From Enoplolaimus lenunculus (Eukaryota): 64,000 nt of DNA. Below are positions 1 to 23,608 of the stretch, piece after piece. The translations under genes and the position numbers were made by a program. The notes under the pieces were generated by a model. The model was given only the letters and a program-made list of their open reading frames with translations, had not been told where the DNA came from and did not search any database. Numbering within the stretch: position 1 is the first letter of the stretch; every line of letters starts with the position of its first letter. Where the stretch lies: assembly GCA_030248215.1 (NCBI GenBank), contig JASANG010000932.1:434001-498000 (forward strand), written 5' to 3'.

Positions 1-334
1 TTTTTTGCTTGGCTTGGGCTTAGGCTTAGGCTTAGCCTTAGGAATATGCTCATTCTTACGCTTAGGTTTAGTCTTAGGCTTTAGGCTTAGGCTTAGGAAT
101 ATGCTTATAATACTGTTCCGTCCCGGTTCTTTACATTGGCCTGAAACTTTATACTCGTATCTGTTGGGTCTTTCAGCGTATATATTTCTACTAATCTTTA
201 TTGGGATAAAAATTATACCCTCGTACGCCACAAACAATGCGCCAATCCCGACTGTGTCCACCCTGGCACAATTTTTAAATTAAAAATTCAGGCGTTCGAG
301 GGTCACAAATTGGCATTTTAAGTATCCCAACGAC

Positions 335-3300
335 ATGGCTTCGTACGGAGTATGTCCAGCTGATCCCGTCACTGAACGGGACTCAGGTTTGGATCGGACG
401 TTTTGGCGAAAACATGATGTTTGCGGAGAAAGAGGGCTTTTGTTGCCGATTGTCTACGAAGCTGAATGGAACAAATACGTTCGCATTGCGTTGTATTTTG
501 TTGGGATGTTGTGGACGTTTCTTGGTATGATGGATGACTTTAAACGCTGGTCCCAATATTAAACATTCAATTAATGTTTAAAATGTCAAAGGTTGACCTG
601 TTTTTATGGTTGAGTCCAACCATCCGGCAGCAAGTAATACAACCAAGAGTGGATGATCACTCTTTATAACAAGAGTGTGCAGCTGGGTACATTCTGTGTA
701 TTAAAGAATGTACCCGGCACGTGTTGCGTTTTTGGCCTACCCCCCTTGTTTAGAGGGGTCTGTATGCAGTTTTATACCGTAGTAATGCTAGGAGCAAATT
801 GTAACCCCCTTGTTTAACGGACGGGGTAGGTGTACTGAAGCATACCGTTAATCTCTTGCTTAAACCCCCCGATTGAGTGGGGGATCGAACAAAAATGCAA
901 CGCGTGCTGGTACATTCTTTAATACACAGAATGTACCCAGTTGCACAGTCTTGTCAAAAAAAGGACCACCCCCCAACACAGGAACCCCCCAAAGAAACAC
1001 CCTGGCCTACCCCCCTTATTTGGGGAATGTTGAACCAATATTTTGAATTTTAGCTAGTCGCTCCGATTATATTTTACTCCTGTGTTTACTATGAGATTAG
1101 TGGTGACTACCCCCCAAAAAAATGCACGCGTGCTGGTAGATATTGTACCATGCACAGCCCACAGTTGCACACTCTTCTGCAAGGTGGACATCATCCACTC
1201 TTGATACAACCAAGAGTGGATGATTACTTTAACAAGGTTGTGCAACTACCGAAATTTGTGTGGTGCAAAATGTTCCACCGGGCGCTGCATTTTTGGCCGA
1301 CCCCCCTTGTTTAGAGGGGGTCGCTATCACATGAATACCTCTAAATTAAACTATAAGGGGAGCATGTTTGACGCCGCATAGATAAAGTACCGCGTTTCGC
1401 ACCTGTTGTACCCCCTTCTAAATAAAGGGGGTTGGCCAAAAACGCAACGCGTGTCGGATACATTCTTTTGTACACAGAATGTGCCCAGTTGCACACTCAT
1501 GTTAAATAGCGATTAACCACACTTGATAGAACCAATCACGCCGTTCATATTCTTGAATTCACTTTGATCCGGTACAGACAACCGAAATTAAATGTCCAAA
1601 GTAGTGGCTTTAAATTTCAAAATATTTACCTGACCTTCAGATGCAGGAACTAGAATTTTTACGGTTTTGTGGCAAATCATTCGTAATCATTTAAATATTG
1701 GAAACTTTGTTGTTGAAAAATCGTTATTTCCTAATGAGTGTTTTTGAAATTTGTTCAATTTTGTTAATAAACTGTTTCTTATGGCGTGGTTTCGCCAAAT
1801 TTGATGATAAAATAGCTGAAAATTAGCTTGAAGCCATTTTTGGCAAGTTTTCTAAAAAGTCCTACGATAATTGGTAATGACATTTATTTCAAATTCCGGT
1901 TCCAGTTCCTGTTCCAGCAAAATTTAATTTCTGTTGAAACCCTGATATAATATATAGTTGAATCTATATGAAGAAACATCTTAAAATGTTGGTTGTGGTG
2001 TTGCTTAGATTTCGTATTTGGCATCGTCTAATAGTAATTACAATTTTCGTAGGTTTGGGTAGCAAGCATCTAAAATGTTTCAAGTTGTTTCGGTCCGGAT
2101 AATGACCCATGTACAGATCAGGAGCGGAACGTTTCTCTGTGGGACTAGAAAACAATAAGTTTAAGCTTTAGACTAATTTTTTGCCTAGCTTAGGCTTAGG
2201 CTAGGGCTTAGGCTTAGGCTTAGGAATATGCTCATTTTTACGCTTAAGCTTAGGCTTAGGCTCAAACTTATACTTAGGAATATGCTTATAATACTGTTCA
2301 GCCCCTGTTCTTTACATTGACCCAAAAAATTAAAGCTAAGATCTACCGATAAACCATCGTTGCGTAGCGCCAGGATTTTAATTCGGGTTATTTAGCAATC
2401 TGGTTTACCTTAGCCTAAGCCTAAACAAAAATATAATCTAAAATCAAAACCTACTCTTTTATAGACCAACCAGAAACCTGGACGCCCCTGCAAGTAACAT
2501 TGGCCCGTCTTTGTATGCGCTGATGCAGGCATTGATTTTATTTCACAGGCATTTCAATTGCGGCTGATGTGTTTATGGCGTCGATCGAACGAATTACAAG
2601 CAAAAAGAACAAACACGGACGTTTAGTATGGAATCCAACGGTTGCAAACTTGACTCTGATGGCCCTTGGGAGCAGTGCACCAGAAATACTGTTATCAATT
2701 ATTGAAATTGTTGGTAAAAAGATTTGCGTCAAATTTCAAAATATGCAACTGATATCCTGTTGGCTTGCAGGACCTACTTATACACACAGAACCAGTTCTG
2801 AACACTCCACCAGACTGGAAACTTGTGAAGCTAAGCAACACGAGACCTGAGGGCGGCGCTGCTGTACTTTTGATGTGTTTCGGCGCCGTCCGTCACCGTC
2901 CAGCGCCGTCCGTCACTGTCCAGTGCTGTCCGTCACCGTCCAGCGCCGTCCGTCACCGTCGAGAACCGTCCGTCACCGCCCAGCGCAGTCCGTCACCGCC
3001 CAGCGCAGTCCGTCACCGCCCAGCGCAGTCCGTCACCGCCCAGCGCAGTCCGTCACCGCCCAGCGCAGTCCGTCACCGCCCAGCGCCGTCCGTCACCGTC
3101 CTGCGTCGTCCGTCACCATCCAGCGTCGTCCGTCACCATCCAGCGCCCTTCGTCACCGTACATCATCGCGCTGTATCGTATGTGAATTATTCACGTACGG
3201 TAAAGTATAGTGACTCACAGCGATGGACAGCGCCGAACGGCGCCACACGACGGCAATTATAGCGCAACCCTAAGTCTTAAAAAATACCCAAGCCTAAACG

Positions 3301-6300
3301 AAAATCGGCCAATGTAAAGAACAGAGGCGGAACAGTATTATACGCATATTCCTAAGCCTATGCCAAAGCTTAAGCCTAAGCTCAAGCCTAGCCGCAAGAA
3401 TGAGCATATTCTAAGTGCCTAAGCATACGCCTAAGCCTAAACCAAGCACAATAATGAGTCTAAAGCTTAAGCGTACTCTATTTCAGTCCCACAGAAAAAC
3501 GTTCCGCCCGTGATCTTTACGTACGCCAGAAAATCCAACTCGTTTGACACTTTGTTCCACTCTGTTTTGTCAACGGGACGCGGACAATCCAATCGCTGGT
3601 TTTTAGATGGTCAAATGTCCACAAACGATTCCTCGATATCGACTTTTATATAACCTGTCCGTCTTGTACTTGCGTTTTAATTTAACGAATTTCGTACTTT
3701 GAAGGGATTTGCAGCTATCATAAGCCTACAGAATTTTTACTATTTTCTGGAAACGAATGTCTAAACCCTAGTGAAAACCGTGATTGTTGCTGTATTTTAT
3801 TTGTTTTAGGGAACAATTTCAAAGCCGGCGCCTTGGGTCCGTCGTCAATAGTTGGATCAGCAGCATTCAATCTTTTAGTAATATCTGCCGTTTGCGTCGT
3901 TAGCGTCCCAGACGGCGAAACGCGTCGGATTAAACAAATTTTAGTGTTTGCGTTGACTGCGACGAGCAGTGTTTTTGCGTATTTTTGGCTGATTGTAATT
4001 TTGAAATTTTCCAGTCCAAATCAGGTACGCATTGAGGTACACCCTTGTATAAGGAGACAGGAAATAAAATTTAAAAAAGAACTTAGGTTTAGGCTTAGGC
4101 TTAGGCTTAGGCTTAGGCGTAGGCTTAGGCTTAGGCTTAGGCTTATGCTTAGGCGTAGGCTTAGGCTTAGGCTTAGGCGTAGACTTAGGCTCAGCCTTAG
4201 GTCTTGGCTTAGGCTTAGACTTACGCTCAGGCTTAGGTAAATTTGGCAAATTAAGCTGTCTGATACGCGAAAAGCGTTTATAAGTATATACAGGACCATA
4301 GCCAGCTCACCTTGCTAGGGGAGGGGGAAAATTTTAAAAGGATGAGCATACAAGGGTGTTCAATGACTTATAAGCAAGGCGGAAAATTTTCTAAAAGGGG
4401 CAACAATTTTTTCAGGGTTTCTGAGCCCGCCCGTGCACTCGTCATATTCATTATAGGCTAAATCTTTTAAGCTTAGGTTTAGGTTTTTTGAGATCTATTT
4501 TGAACTTAAAGGTTTAGGTTGGAAACTTTGGGGACGCTTAGGCATTTCAATATACTTACCGCTGTATTTGTTGGCCTGAAATGAAACGTTGACTTGAAAT
4601 ATAATACGAAATTGTGTTCAAATTTGACCAGGTTAAACACTATTTTAGGTTGATGTTTGGGAAGCTGTCGTCACACTGTTATTCTTTGCCGTCTTAGTTG
4701 TCTTAGCTTACATCTTAGACGTCCAACTATGTTGTCGCGGATGGCGTCGCCAAAGGCGAGTTTCAATCGAGTCGCGAGCAACTTATATTAGCGATTCAGA
4801 GTCGCATAGTTCAACCGTACCGAGTAGCGCAATCTATCCCACTCAGCGTGGTTCCTTGGGGCCAAGCGAGCAACAGTGGTCAAAGCTAAAACAGGAAGAA
4901 ATTCAACGTCGATATGCATTGCGGAACCCTCATATGTCAGCGAGAGAAATAGCAGCTTTAGTTGCTACAGAAATGGCTAGCGAAGCAAGTCATACCCGGG
5001 CGTATTACCGGATACAAGCCACGAGGTGGTTAGCGAACCGGAATCCAGCTAAGGCGGTATCCGGTGACGATGATCCGGCGGCGTGTGAAAACCTGTTGGA
5101 CGGCAAACGGCCGGGAGCTGAAAATGAAGATGGTCCGTCGGCGAAAACCGCCGGACTAAGTGTTGTAGAATTCGCTGCGGACCGATTCGCAGTTGTAGAA
5201 ATGGAACGCAAAGCGACAATCAGACTGGTTCGAAAAGGAAATACTCGCCAGCGTTGTAGGGTACATTTGGAAACAATAGATGGAACCGCGGTAGCGCATA
5301 AAGACTACGACCCTCTGTCGAAAACGGTCGAATTTGGGCCGCAAGAGACAGAAATTGATATTGCAATCGCCATTGTTGAAGATAATCCCGATGAAGTCGA
5401 TGAAATATTCTACGTCAAATTGGATCCGCCGACGTCTTCAGCGTTGTCTGACGGACCTGTGGGTGAAGGAAAGCCTGACGGAGGAGTGTCAGGAGTCGCG
5501 ATTGGAAAAACACACGTCGCTCAAGTGAAAATAATTTCCGGCCAGCGGCCAAGGTTGGTTGGATTTGAGTCGACAGCAATGATAACGCTGGAAAGTGTCG
5601 GATTACTGTCGGTTCCAGTTGAACGATGCGGCGGTTTCGATGAAACTACAGTAATCGGATGGGAAACGGTTGATAAGACGGCGAAAGACGGCGAAGATTT
5701 CATCGGAGGCAAAGCCGATTTGACATTTTTGCCTGGCGAATGTCGGAAAATGATAACGATTCCGATTGTGAACGATGTTGCCGAAGAAAAAACCGAGACT
5801 TTTGAGGTAAGAAAAAAGTGCAATGGGCACATGGGACAGTGAAGCTGGCAAAAATTAAATTTCTCAAAAAGCAACTCAGCGTCGAGGATTGCGGCTCGCG
5901 CTTAGGGTTAGGAATATGCTCAGGCTCTTGTTACACCCCTAACATTGGTCAATTTAACCCTTTCTCACATGAATATTTGCTATTATGTAGATATGAAAAC
6001 TCACTTCAAGCCAGGATTGAAATCGCTGCCTCACGAAGCCTAACCCTAAGCCTGAGCGTAACAATGAGTTTATTCTTAAGCATGAGCCTAAGCCAAAGCC
6101 TAAGTCAAGCAAAAAAAATAGTCTGAAGCTTAAGCTACCTCTCTTCTAGTCCCACAGAAAAACTGTCCGCTCCTGATCTTTACATGGGCCGCCCGAATTT
6201 AAACTTTTTAGGTATTGTGTGATCTCAACGTTTCGAGTTGAAGAGCTGATAAGCAATTCTTTGGCTTGAATGATGCGAAACTTTGTCTTACACCATCTAA

Positions 6301-8843
6301 GGCCGTACGCTTGCACTTGAATGTTATTCGCTACGAAATAAGAAATTTTTGATGTTTTTAACAATTATTTTCGCAAACAATAAATAATGAGTATCAAAAC
6401 TAAAATTGTAATTGCGATTCCGATTCGCGTTCCGATAAAAAAATATTAATTCCGACCTCCAATTCGGATTCCAAATAAAATTTCACACCCGTTACGACCG
6501 CGGTACAAAACGCAGAGACGACGGCAGCCTAAAATATTTCTGTGAGATATATAGTTTAAACTCTTGAAGTCGACACAAATTTGGGCAAATCCGTAGAAGC
6601 GGTTTTGGTTTCACTCCACAATCATTGAACCATTCCATTGTCCATAATCCCAATAATTACTCTTCTCAGCCATCTCAATTGGTGGTCAATTTCTTCAGAT
6701 CCGCCTGCGATCAGTGAAAAAAGGGACGTGTCACAGAAGCAAACCAGCGTCTCGGGCAACAATCACAATCATAAGCGACGAAAGCGCAGCGAGGTGGATG
6801 CACAACACCGCAGAGCTTTCGTCACGACTCCAGTCAGACCTGGCGACTGCGTCGTCTGGAATTCGCCGCTGGAGAGATCAATTCCGCCGGGCGTTGAACG
6901 TCAACAACGGCGATCTTGGCGACGCGTCTGGTGTCGACTACGCGCATCACGTGAGCGCGTTTGGATGGAAACTACTGTTCGCGTGTGTTCCGCCACCCAC
7001 GATTGCTGGCGGCTGGGTGACGTTTGTGGTCGCGCTGGCTATGATTGGTGTACTCACAGCGGTTGTCGGCGATTTGGCGTCGATTTTTGGATGCCTCGTC
7101 GGACTCGAAGATATGGTGACGGCGATTACATTTGTTGCGCTTGGAACCAGTTTGCCAGATTTGTTCGCTAGTCGCCTTGCTGCCGTTCAAGAGCCAACAG
7201 CTGATAATTCAGTTGGAAATGTAATGGGAAGCAATTCGGTCAACGTATTTTTAGGTATTTGAAGCCTTTTGTTGCAGATACGCAGTCAAAATTTTATTTT
7301 TGGCCAATGTATAGAACAAGTCCGGAACGTTTTCTAGCCAGACTGTAACAAAAGTAATGTTGACTAACTTTTTAGCTTAGGCTTAGGCTTTGGCTTAGGT
7401 TTATGTTTAGGTTTAGGCTTAGGCTTAGGATTAGGTTTAGGCTTAAATTTAGGCGTAGACTTAGGCTTAGCATTAGGATTAGGATTAGGTTTAGGCTTAG
7501 GCTAAGGATTAGGCTTAGGCTTAGGCTTAGGAATATGGTTATACTACTGTTTCGGCCCCGTTGTATACATGGGCCACATTTTTCAACTGGGTATAACGTC
7601 ATATACCAGTTTTTTTTGCGAATCAGCATAGCGAACCAAACAAAATTTTAAGCCAATAATCGTGCTTTTTTTCTCGTTTGTTCAAAAAATTGCGAGCGGC
7701 GATATTTTCGCCTTGTATATGTTATAGGCCAATCTGCTATTCAGGCCGATACCTAATTGGCCTAGGCCAATCTGCTATTTTGCGTAATAGCAGTTTCGCC
7801 TAAACTAAACTTCAATGAAACTTATATACCAATCAGAGTTGCTTAGACAGACGAAATGCCGTTAACCAATCAGCGTTTATTTTACATCACTGTTGTATTG
7901 CTACATCTTTACAACCGCTATTTGGCTTAGGTCAATCTGCCATTGGCTTAGAATAGCTGATTGGCCTAGGCCAATAGGTAATTGGCCGAAATAGCAGCTT
8001 GGCCTACGACATATATGTACGCCGCGCAAAGATTATCATTCATCTCGAAAGTCCAAGACGTATGCTATTAGATATTGAATATTTTGCCAGCTTGGCCGAT
8101 GTTACTTTTAGGGCCGTCGCAGTTTTTGATGACACCACAAAACCGTAGGCTTAGATTTCAGACTACAGTATTTTGGTTAGACTTAGGCTAAGGATGTACA
8201 CATTTATCAACACTTAGGTTTTCAAGCTTTATGCTTACGAATATGCTTTACTGTCACTGCCCGAAAAGTCATATTAATTCCGATTGAGTTGATTAATTAA
8301 CTCAGAATATTAAGTTCAACCAATTCACAATTCTGAGTTCAGGATTAAGACCTAATTCAAAGCTCAGACCCCTGAGCGGATTCAACTCATGTTCCGAAAG
8401 ACCTTTTCAAAACTCAGACCCCTGAGCGGATTCAACTCATTCTGAGTTAAAATCAACTCACTGAAATTTACAGTGTACTAAAATGCGGTAAGTAAAATGA
8501 ATATTGAATAATTAATCCAAAATTGTTCAAATCAGGTAAAAAATACCATTTTTCAGGCCTTGGACTTCCGTGGACAATTGCATCGGTTTACTGGTCGACA
8601 AAATCAAAAACATTTTGCGTCCCATCAGGAAGTCTTGCGTTCACTGTAACCATTTTCATTATAAGTGCAATCGTTTGCATTGCAATTTTAATTTCACGGC
8701 GTGCGTTTACAATTTTTGGCAACGCAGAGTTGGGCGGACCGAAAAATTGGAAAATTATCACTGCAGTGATTTTTGTTACTGAATGGTTTGTTTATATTAT
8801 TGTATCGTCGCTTCAATCAAGCGGGTATATTGATTCGTTTTGA
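335..8843 (+). CDS. ncx: Sodium/calcium exchanger (SLC8/NCX family), 6 exons, ~856 aa
   Basis: Exons 335-524, 2549-2713, 3810-4024, 4649-5806, 6699-7254, 8557-8843, all with GT..AG introns and consistent phases (2571 nt). Alpha-1 repeat [24 protein letters not shown] and [15 protein letters not shown]; two Calx-beta domains ([24 protein letters not shown]); alpha-2 repeat [34 protein letters not shown]-terminal ELGGPK motif. Confidence 0.95.
640..1530. repeat. Cluster of a dispersed inverted-repeat element (caagagtgtgcaactgggtacattctgtgta..) in NCX intron 1; homolog at ~24900-25180
   Basis: Segment 670-720 is inverted at 900-953 and 1445-1500; recurring ccccccttgtttagagggg hairpins. Confidence 0.6.
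2851..3270. repeat. TIR element (gggcggcgct/agcgcaaccc, TGA/TAA flanks) containing a 20-bp GC-rich minisatellite (ccgtcaccgcccagcgcagt)n, NCX intron 2
   Basis: About 14 tandem 20-mers at 2881-3160; these explain the repetitive ORFs 2765-3262 and 2875-3210. Confidence 0.65.
4082..4237 (+). repeat. Interstitial (TTAGGC)n telomere-type array, NCX intron 3
   Basis: About 26 mostly perfect TTAGGC units. Confidence 0.9.
7302..7575. mobile_element. Merlin-like MITE subfamily A with an expanded ~160-bp TTAGGC array (NCX intron 5)
   Basis: ggccaatgtatagaac..gttgtatacatgggcc termini, degenerate 8-bp TSD (ttattttt/acattttt), internal (TTAGGC)n. Confidence 0.75.
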
Positions 8844-8871
8844 AAATTAATACAATTGGGTCAGTATAAAA

Positions 8872-9330
8872 CACTGTAAATTTCCAATGAGTTGAATAAT
8901 TAACTCATCTACACTGCAAAAAATGGTGAGTCAAACTGACTCTCTCCGAAATAAGCTCTACGGGACTACACAAACTGAGCCAAATTAGACTCCAATAGAG
9001 TCAAATTTGACTCGCTAAATCGCACGTTTGACTCTGGTGGAGTCGAATTTTGACACAGTTTGTGTAGTCCCGTAGAGCCTATTTCGGAGGGAGTCAATTT
9101 GACTCACCATTTTTTGCAGTGTAGCGAGTGTATTTCTGAGTTAATAACAGTAAAGTCACTCTGAGTGGAGTTAATTTTCACTCTCCAGTTGATATACTTC
9201 CGGGTAAAAGTTGATGAGTTAACTCAGAATGAGTTCGATCAACTCACAATATTGAGTTCTGATAGTTCTAACTCAGTCTGAGTGATAAAACTTATTTTTA
9301 GTTAAAATCAATTCGCGGGAATTTACAGTG
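8872..9330. mobile_element. CAC-terminal MITE (cactgtaaatt TIR, 2-bp TSD AA; CMC/EnSpm-like) containing a nested palindromic MITE at 8912-9121
   Basis: aa|cactgtaaatt..aatttacagtg|aa, with inner ta|cactgcaaaaaatggtgagtcaaa..tttgactcaccattttttgcagtg|ta. Confidence 0.7.
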
Positions 9331-10279
9331 AATATGTACTGAGCGTACACTGCAAAAAATGGTTAGTCAAATTGACTCTCTTCGAATAGACTTATCTGAA
9401 CTACAGAAACTGAGATAAATTCAACTCCGCCAGAGTCAAATTCGCCTCATCCGAGTTGCTCAGTGAGTAGAGCTTGACTTTGGCGCTGGTTAATTTGACT
9501 CAGCTTGTGTAGTACCGAAAAGCCCATTTCGGAAAGAGTCAATTTGACTAACCATTTTTTGCTGTGTAACGCTTTTATTTAAAGCCTATTTCTAAAACCT
9601 GAACCTTGTTCGTAAGTCTATGTCAAGCAGTGCAAGTTTCATTAAACCTAATCCTACTATATGACTGTTTCGGGCAATGGTACTTTTAGCACCGTCTCGC
9701 ACGACTGCAATAGAGTAGGATTTTAGATTTTAGACTGTTTTTCGCTTAAGTTTAGACTTAGGCCCATATTCTCAAACATGTGTAGTGCCTATCACCAGCT
9801 GATGATAGGTCTTGTATCTTTCATTAAAATTCAGCACATTTTTCGCATATGATTTGCTCTGTTCCTGTACTAATTTTTAGTTCAACAGCTGCAATAGTTA
9901 GTGAATTTGAAAACCTATTACTAATTGATGATATATAGTTGTTATTCTCAATTGAGAATATTCAACTCCGCCAGAGACAAATTCGATTCATTGATTCGCA
10001 CATTTGAGTCTGGCGGTGCTGAATTTGACTCAAACTGCGTAGTCCCGTAGAGCCTATTTCAGAGAGAGTCAATTTGACTCACAATTTTTGGCAGGGCAGG
10101 TGAAACCAAACGTTTGCCAGGGTAAAACAGATTTTTGTATAAAAATCTAACACCCCACACCTCTTTGCTTCGTTTTGGCTACAGGCCACTTGTGTTTACG
10201 AATGAAAGCTTCTGGTTTTATTTTTCACAGTATTGCGTATTTATGAAATAAAACTGACCTTAATGTTGCAAACTAAACA

Positions 10280-10426
10280 GGTCCATGTATAGAACAGGGC
10301 CGGATGGTTTTCCGGAGGGGCTGTAATAGAGTAAGTTTAAGCTTTTTAGACTTAAACCTTTTTGCTTAAGCTTAGGAATACGAATATGCTTATACTACTG
10401 TTCCGCCCCTGTTCTATTCATGGGCC
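10280..10426. mobile_element. Merlin-like MITE subfamily A with TTAGGC-type internal repeats
   Basis: TIRs ggtccatgtatagaacagggccgga / ttccgcccctgttctattcatgggcc with a perfect 8-bp TSD actaaaca. Related copies at ~1-141, 2105-2322, 3307-3525, 6036-6190, 7302-7575, 38535-38701, 56632-56819, 57505-57670 and their mirrors. Confidence 0.8.
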
Positions 10427-10681
10427 ACTAAACATATATACAAAACATAAAAAAAGTTCAATTTAGAAACGGGAAGAAGAATAAAAATTTCAAATACCAT
10501 GGCTTTATTCTAGGATTTTATATGTAAAAACTGAACGAGAAAACTGTTTTCACCAGTTGAAATTGTTCGGGCTACCAACATTTACGGTAAAAACTGCGCG
10601 GTCGGAAAGTTTCTCTACGGGACAGTTATTACCATGACATATGCTCCGGTAGAATTACCGCATTTGAAATTGAGTAGGCTG

Positions 10682-10882
10682 CACTGCAAAAAATGGTGAG
10701 TCAAATTGACTCTCTCCGAAATAGGCTTTTCCTGACTACACAAACGGAGTCAAAATTCGACTCCGCCAGAGTCAATTTGAGTGGAATTTGACTCAGGGCG
10801 GAGTCGAATTTTGACTCAGTTTGTGTAGTTTGGAAAAGCCTATTTCGAAGAGAGTCATTTTGACTCACTATTTTTTGCAGTG
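10682..10882. mobile_element. ~200-bp palindromic MITE family cactgcaaaaaatggtgagtcaaattgac (2-bp TSD)
   Basis: tg|cactgc..gcagtg|tg, near-perfect fold-back. Other copies at 8912-9121, 9348-9566, ~29878-30075, ~55236-55443 and ~60295-60507. Confidence 0.8.
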
Positions 10883-11205
10883 TGTGAGTAAATCACGCTA
10901 TACAAATTGGATGATGACAAACCTCGAGGAAAGACCACATAGCGGTCATGCTATCACATACATTATACGTTCAAAATTATTTTCTTTGATATTATAACTG
11001 TAATTTTTCGCCTTCCGATTCCGATGAACGCTGGTCAACGACCATTGATTGTTCGTGCAAATTGCCAGAAAGGTGCTGATATCTTCCCCTATCTGAAACT
11101 TCATGCTTCAATTTGGCTGCCTCTTTGTGCCTTAAATCTGATTTCTCTTCAAATTATCAACAAATTTTTCACAACCGCTTTGCGATACGGTGCCGCAAAC
11201 ACTAA

Positions 11206-11882
11206 TGCGGGGTTCACGTTATAAACGGGGCAGCTTGGGACACGTTTTATCCGTATTAGATTTTTGGGTAACATTTTGTAAGCTTATAGACCCCATATTG
11301 TATTCAAAAATACAAATTTGTCTGCTATTATCATGTGTCGTTCACCTTTTGTCCTTCAATATCATATGATATTCGACGTATTGTCAGCGAATATCACATG
11401 ATATATTTTCAAATGTCTGCATACTTGATATAACATAACCAAGTTGTCCTATTGAATATCATATGATACTAGAATTTGAAATTTGGATTTTTGAATTACG
11501 ACACATTTTCTAAGCGGTTTTGTGTCGGAAATGAATTTGCAGACGTGTATTTGGTATTTTAAGCACAGCTGAGCCTCTGCCGACCGACTTTCCATTAATT
11601 TATTAGCACCCTAAGATTACACTGTCCCGCTGAATATCACATGATATTCATTGTAATTTTGGAATATCATATGATATTCGCATAAATGTCACTCAGCATC
11701 ACGTGACATACCGACGTTTGTACACATTGATCTTCTGAAAGCGGTGGTTTGTAAGTAAATGTCATATGACATTCGAGTTTTGTCTGTTCGCCCGATATGA
11801 GTGCTCGAATTTTAACGTTGACGTCGAATCAACATGGGACAAACCGTGTCCCGCATGCCCCGGTTATAACGTGAATCCCGCA
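11206..11882. mobile_element. Non-autonomous TIR element with 3-bp TSD (PIF/Harbinger-like), TIR tgcggggttcacgttataa..
   Basis: TAA on both sides, ~40-bp TIRs, many internal aatatcatatgatatt palindromes. Related copies at 36331-37007 and 39323-39973 (TAA TSD), and a fragment at ~37495-37613. Confidence 0.75.
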
Positions 11883-11917
11883 TAACAGCTTTATCAAATG
11901 AAATATTGCTTTATTAA

Positions 11918-12182
11918 CCCCTTCTCACATGAATATTTTCTATTTCCCCTGAGACCTACTTTTATGCTAGGATTCGAACTCCGGTGACGGGAGTGGGAGG
12001 CGTATACCATCACCACTCAGCTATATAGGAGCTTGATGCTCGAGCCCCAGAGGGCTCTCACATCTTGTGGTGATTTAGTACTATGTATACGTGTTGCAAT
12101 TGTTAAACACGGTGCGATATACTTTATTTAACGTATATATACGGCGATTAGTTGCCTATAGGCAACTCAATGTGAGAAGGGG
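11918..12182. mobile_element. piggyBac-like MITE (TTAA TSD, CCC termini) carrying a tRNA-like segment
   Basis: ttaa|ccccttctcacat..atgtgagaagggg|ttaa; the minus strand contains tagctgagtgg..ggagttcgaatcc (A/B-box-like). Confidence 0.65.
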
Positions 12183-13134
12183 TTAAGCTTGTGTTCATAA
12201 ATTTGGAACCTGCTCAATTGCTGTCAAACGTCTTAAACGGGACAAATCCTGCAATAAATTAAGTCGAGGCGAAGTTGATGTTTGCTTTGGAGATCAATCG
12301 ACGTGTGCATACGAAAAATGCGACAGACGTTGGACGGCGCTCTATTGGAAGTTGGTGAAACGCAGTTGTGGAATAGATAACATTTAGAATAATCTTGAAA
12401 TTACACAGAAGTTGCAGTTAATTCCGTCGTTTTGTGCAAAAAGCTTAAAAACTATGGTTTTTCGCATTATCTTCAATTGCTGGCCTTCAGTAATCAATGA
12501 TGTGTTGCCCTTTTTTTGTTTAACTGTTAAAGGCAGTATCGTTTCTTATTTATCGTTGTTGCAAATTAATTGAAGTTACTTTGTAAGAAATTTTCAATAC
12601 GGTTTGTGGTAGAACGTTGTCCAAAATACGTATGTGGGTCGTTAAAATAACAACATGGATTATAACATCAAAATAAAATAATTGACTAATATTGTGCTGA
12701 CATAAATAACTATATAGCTAGTTTAATAGTAACTAACAGAAGATATCCATGGTTGCTAGAATTATTGGACTGAATAACATTCTGTAAAAGATTTGAGGCA
12801 CTTCTGTTTCAATTTTGTATTTCATTGCTGATCCACGCTATTTAATTAATTTCCCTGCGTGCGTATAGAAGCACAATGAATTCACAAAATGTTGAAATGT
12901 AACTGTAAAAAAGTTTTTCATAAATTTGTCGTTCAGCGTTCATTTTAGCAAACTTTTTTGAACCCGTTTACTTATTAGAAAACTGAAATTTTGTGTTTTC
13001 TTTTAGAAAGGTCCGAATGTTTTAGACAGATTTGGTTAATGAGAAATTTACATACATATACCTAGTTAATTTTAAGTTTGTACATTGTGCTCTTTGTTTC
13101 TCATTTAGTTTACTTTGTATAAAAACAGTATTAA

Positions 13135-23608
<10,474 letters not shown>

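Noticed and set aside
2765..3262. 165-aa and 111-aa repetitive Pro/Ser/Arg ORFs
   Set aside because: They arise from a 20-bp minisatellite within NCX intron 2.
4082..4237. True chromosome end or programmed DNA-elimination breakpoint
   Set aside because: The array lies inside an intron of an intact gene with unique sequence on both sides; nothing in the sequence alone shows elimination.
3941..4299. ORFs made of PKPK, LSLS, LRLR or LGLG runs (also at 5-283, 7372-7651, 49952-50200, 55600-56296, 59382-59923)
   Set aside because: They are translations of TTAGGC-derived repeats inside introns or MITEs.
11960..12030. Possible tRNA genes here and at 13315-13576
   Set aside because: A/B-box-like motifs are present but I could not fold a convincing cloverleaf; treated as tRNA-derived repeats.
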